DNA from: Botryllus schlosseri
Taxonomy: Eukaryota
Length of the DNA stretch: 64,000 bases
Reading direction: 5' to 3'
NCBI GenBank assembly: GCA_051294905.1
Contig: CM119381.1
Span: forward strand, 22,816,001-22,880,000
A model generated the notes under the pieces. It searched no databases. It was not told the DNA's origin and saw only the letters and a program-made list of their open reading frames with translations. Positions 63,111 to 64,000 of this stretch are shown piece by piece. Within the stretch, counting starts at the first letter, position 1. Each line of letters opens with the position of its first letter. The position numbers and the translations under genes are program-made.

Positions 63111-64000
63111 GTAAAAATAGAATGAAAGTGATGATAATGATATCTTTTGTTGCTATTGTGGTAACTATGCCCGGCGCCCATGAGAGCACAGCGTTTTACT
63201 GGTGTAAAGTTTTAAAAACGTTGTGGTCAATCTATGGGACCTATATAACTCTATGTTGAATTTATGCGGCCCACGGCCACTACGAAATTTGAAAAGTGGT
63301 CCGTGGCCCGTTTTGAGTTGGCGATCCCTGGCCTTGATACTGGTACTTGAAAATGCGACCAGAAACTGTTTAAAGTGGGGAAAATTAGTATCACTCGATA
63401 TCACTCGATATCACCAAACAGAGTTATAAAAAGTGGTTTTAACAAGACATTAGCTCGAAACTGAGCAGTCAACGCAATGACTTGGACTCGGACTCGAGGC
63501 ATAATACCATAACTCGGACTCGACCCTTGGACTCGGACTTGACTCGGTGGTGAATTAAAATGACTCGGTTGGATGTAAATAAATACTCTCTCTCTCTTTC
63601 TCTCTCTCGACTTGACTCGAGTCAAAACTATGAAAGTTAGATTGACTTAATTGTGACTCGGAGCCTTGTGACTTTGGTTACAACCCTGCTTCCTATCTTT
63701 TCATTGTATCGCAATTTTTGTGATGTATTGAACTGATGAAAATTGCTAATAAACCGAACTAGAATTAGAACCATTGTAGGACACTATGGGAAGACACTTT
63801 TCACGGACTACAAAAGTTACCATAGCCAGCCACTGATATATGTATCATTGCCATAGCAGACGAGAAAACGGGTCGGATAGTTCAAGTTTCAGTTCAAGTT
63901 TATTCATAAAATTTCATCATTTCAAAAATCATAAGATTGCGATGCAATGAAAGATAGGAAGGTGCCGAAACGGCTTGCTGTAGTCTTTGAGATCAGACAC

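Overview
Intron-rich, AT-rich animal genomic DNA, most consistent with an ascidian/tunicate (inference from gene content and intron style). Four spliced genes lie on the + strand. (1) The last 8 coding exons of a TALPID3/KIAA0586-like centriolar protein (1775-6285). (2) An approx. 18-kb class A GPCR gene of the relaxin/GRL101/glycoprotein-hormone-receptor lineage with about 10 LDL-receptor class A-like modules joined directly to the 7TM domain and no leucine-rich repeats (14715-32949). (3,4) Two tandem SLC1A/EAAT-type glutamate transporter paralogues with identical 12-exon structure (35809-44532 and 50815-55371). The second paralogue has a GC-AG intron and a 2-nt frameshift in a symmetric, skippable exon. 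Intergenic DNA and large introns are packed with non-autonomous DNA transposons, many with readable TIRs and 8-bp TSDs (hAT type). These include a 1.6-kb near-complete palindrome nested in another element, a 616-bp near-perfect foldback, a three-tier nested stack, an internally deleted hAT carrying decayed transposase of an unusual-looking lineage, an L2/CR1-type RT fragment, tRNA-derived SINE heads and retroposon 3' ends. No CRISPR array, rRNA or intact tRNA was found. All coordinates, phases and alignments were read by eye, and homology statements rest on recalled motifs rather than database searches.
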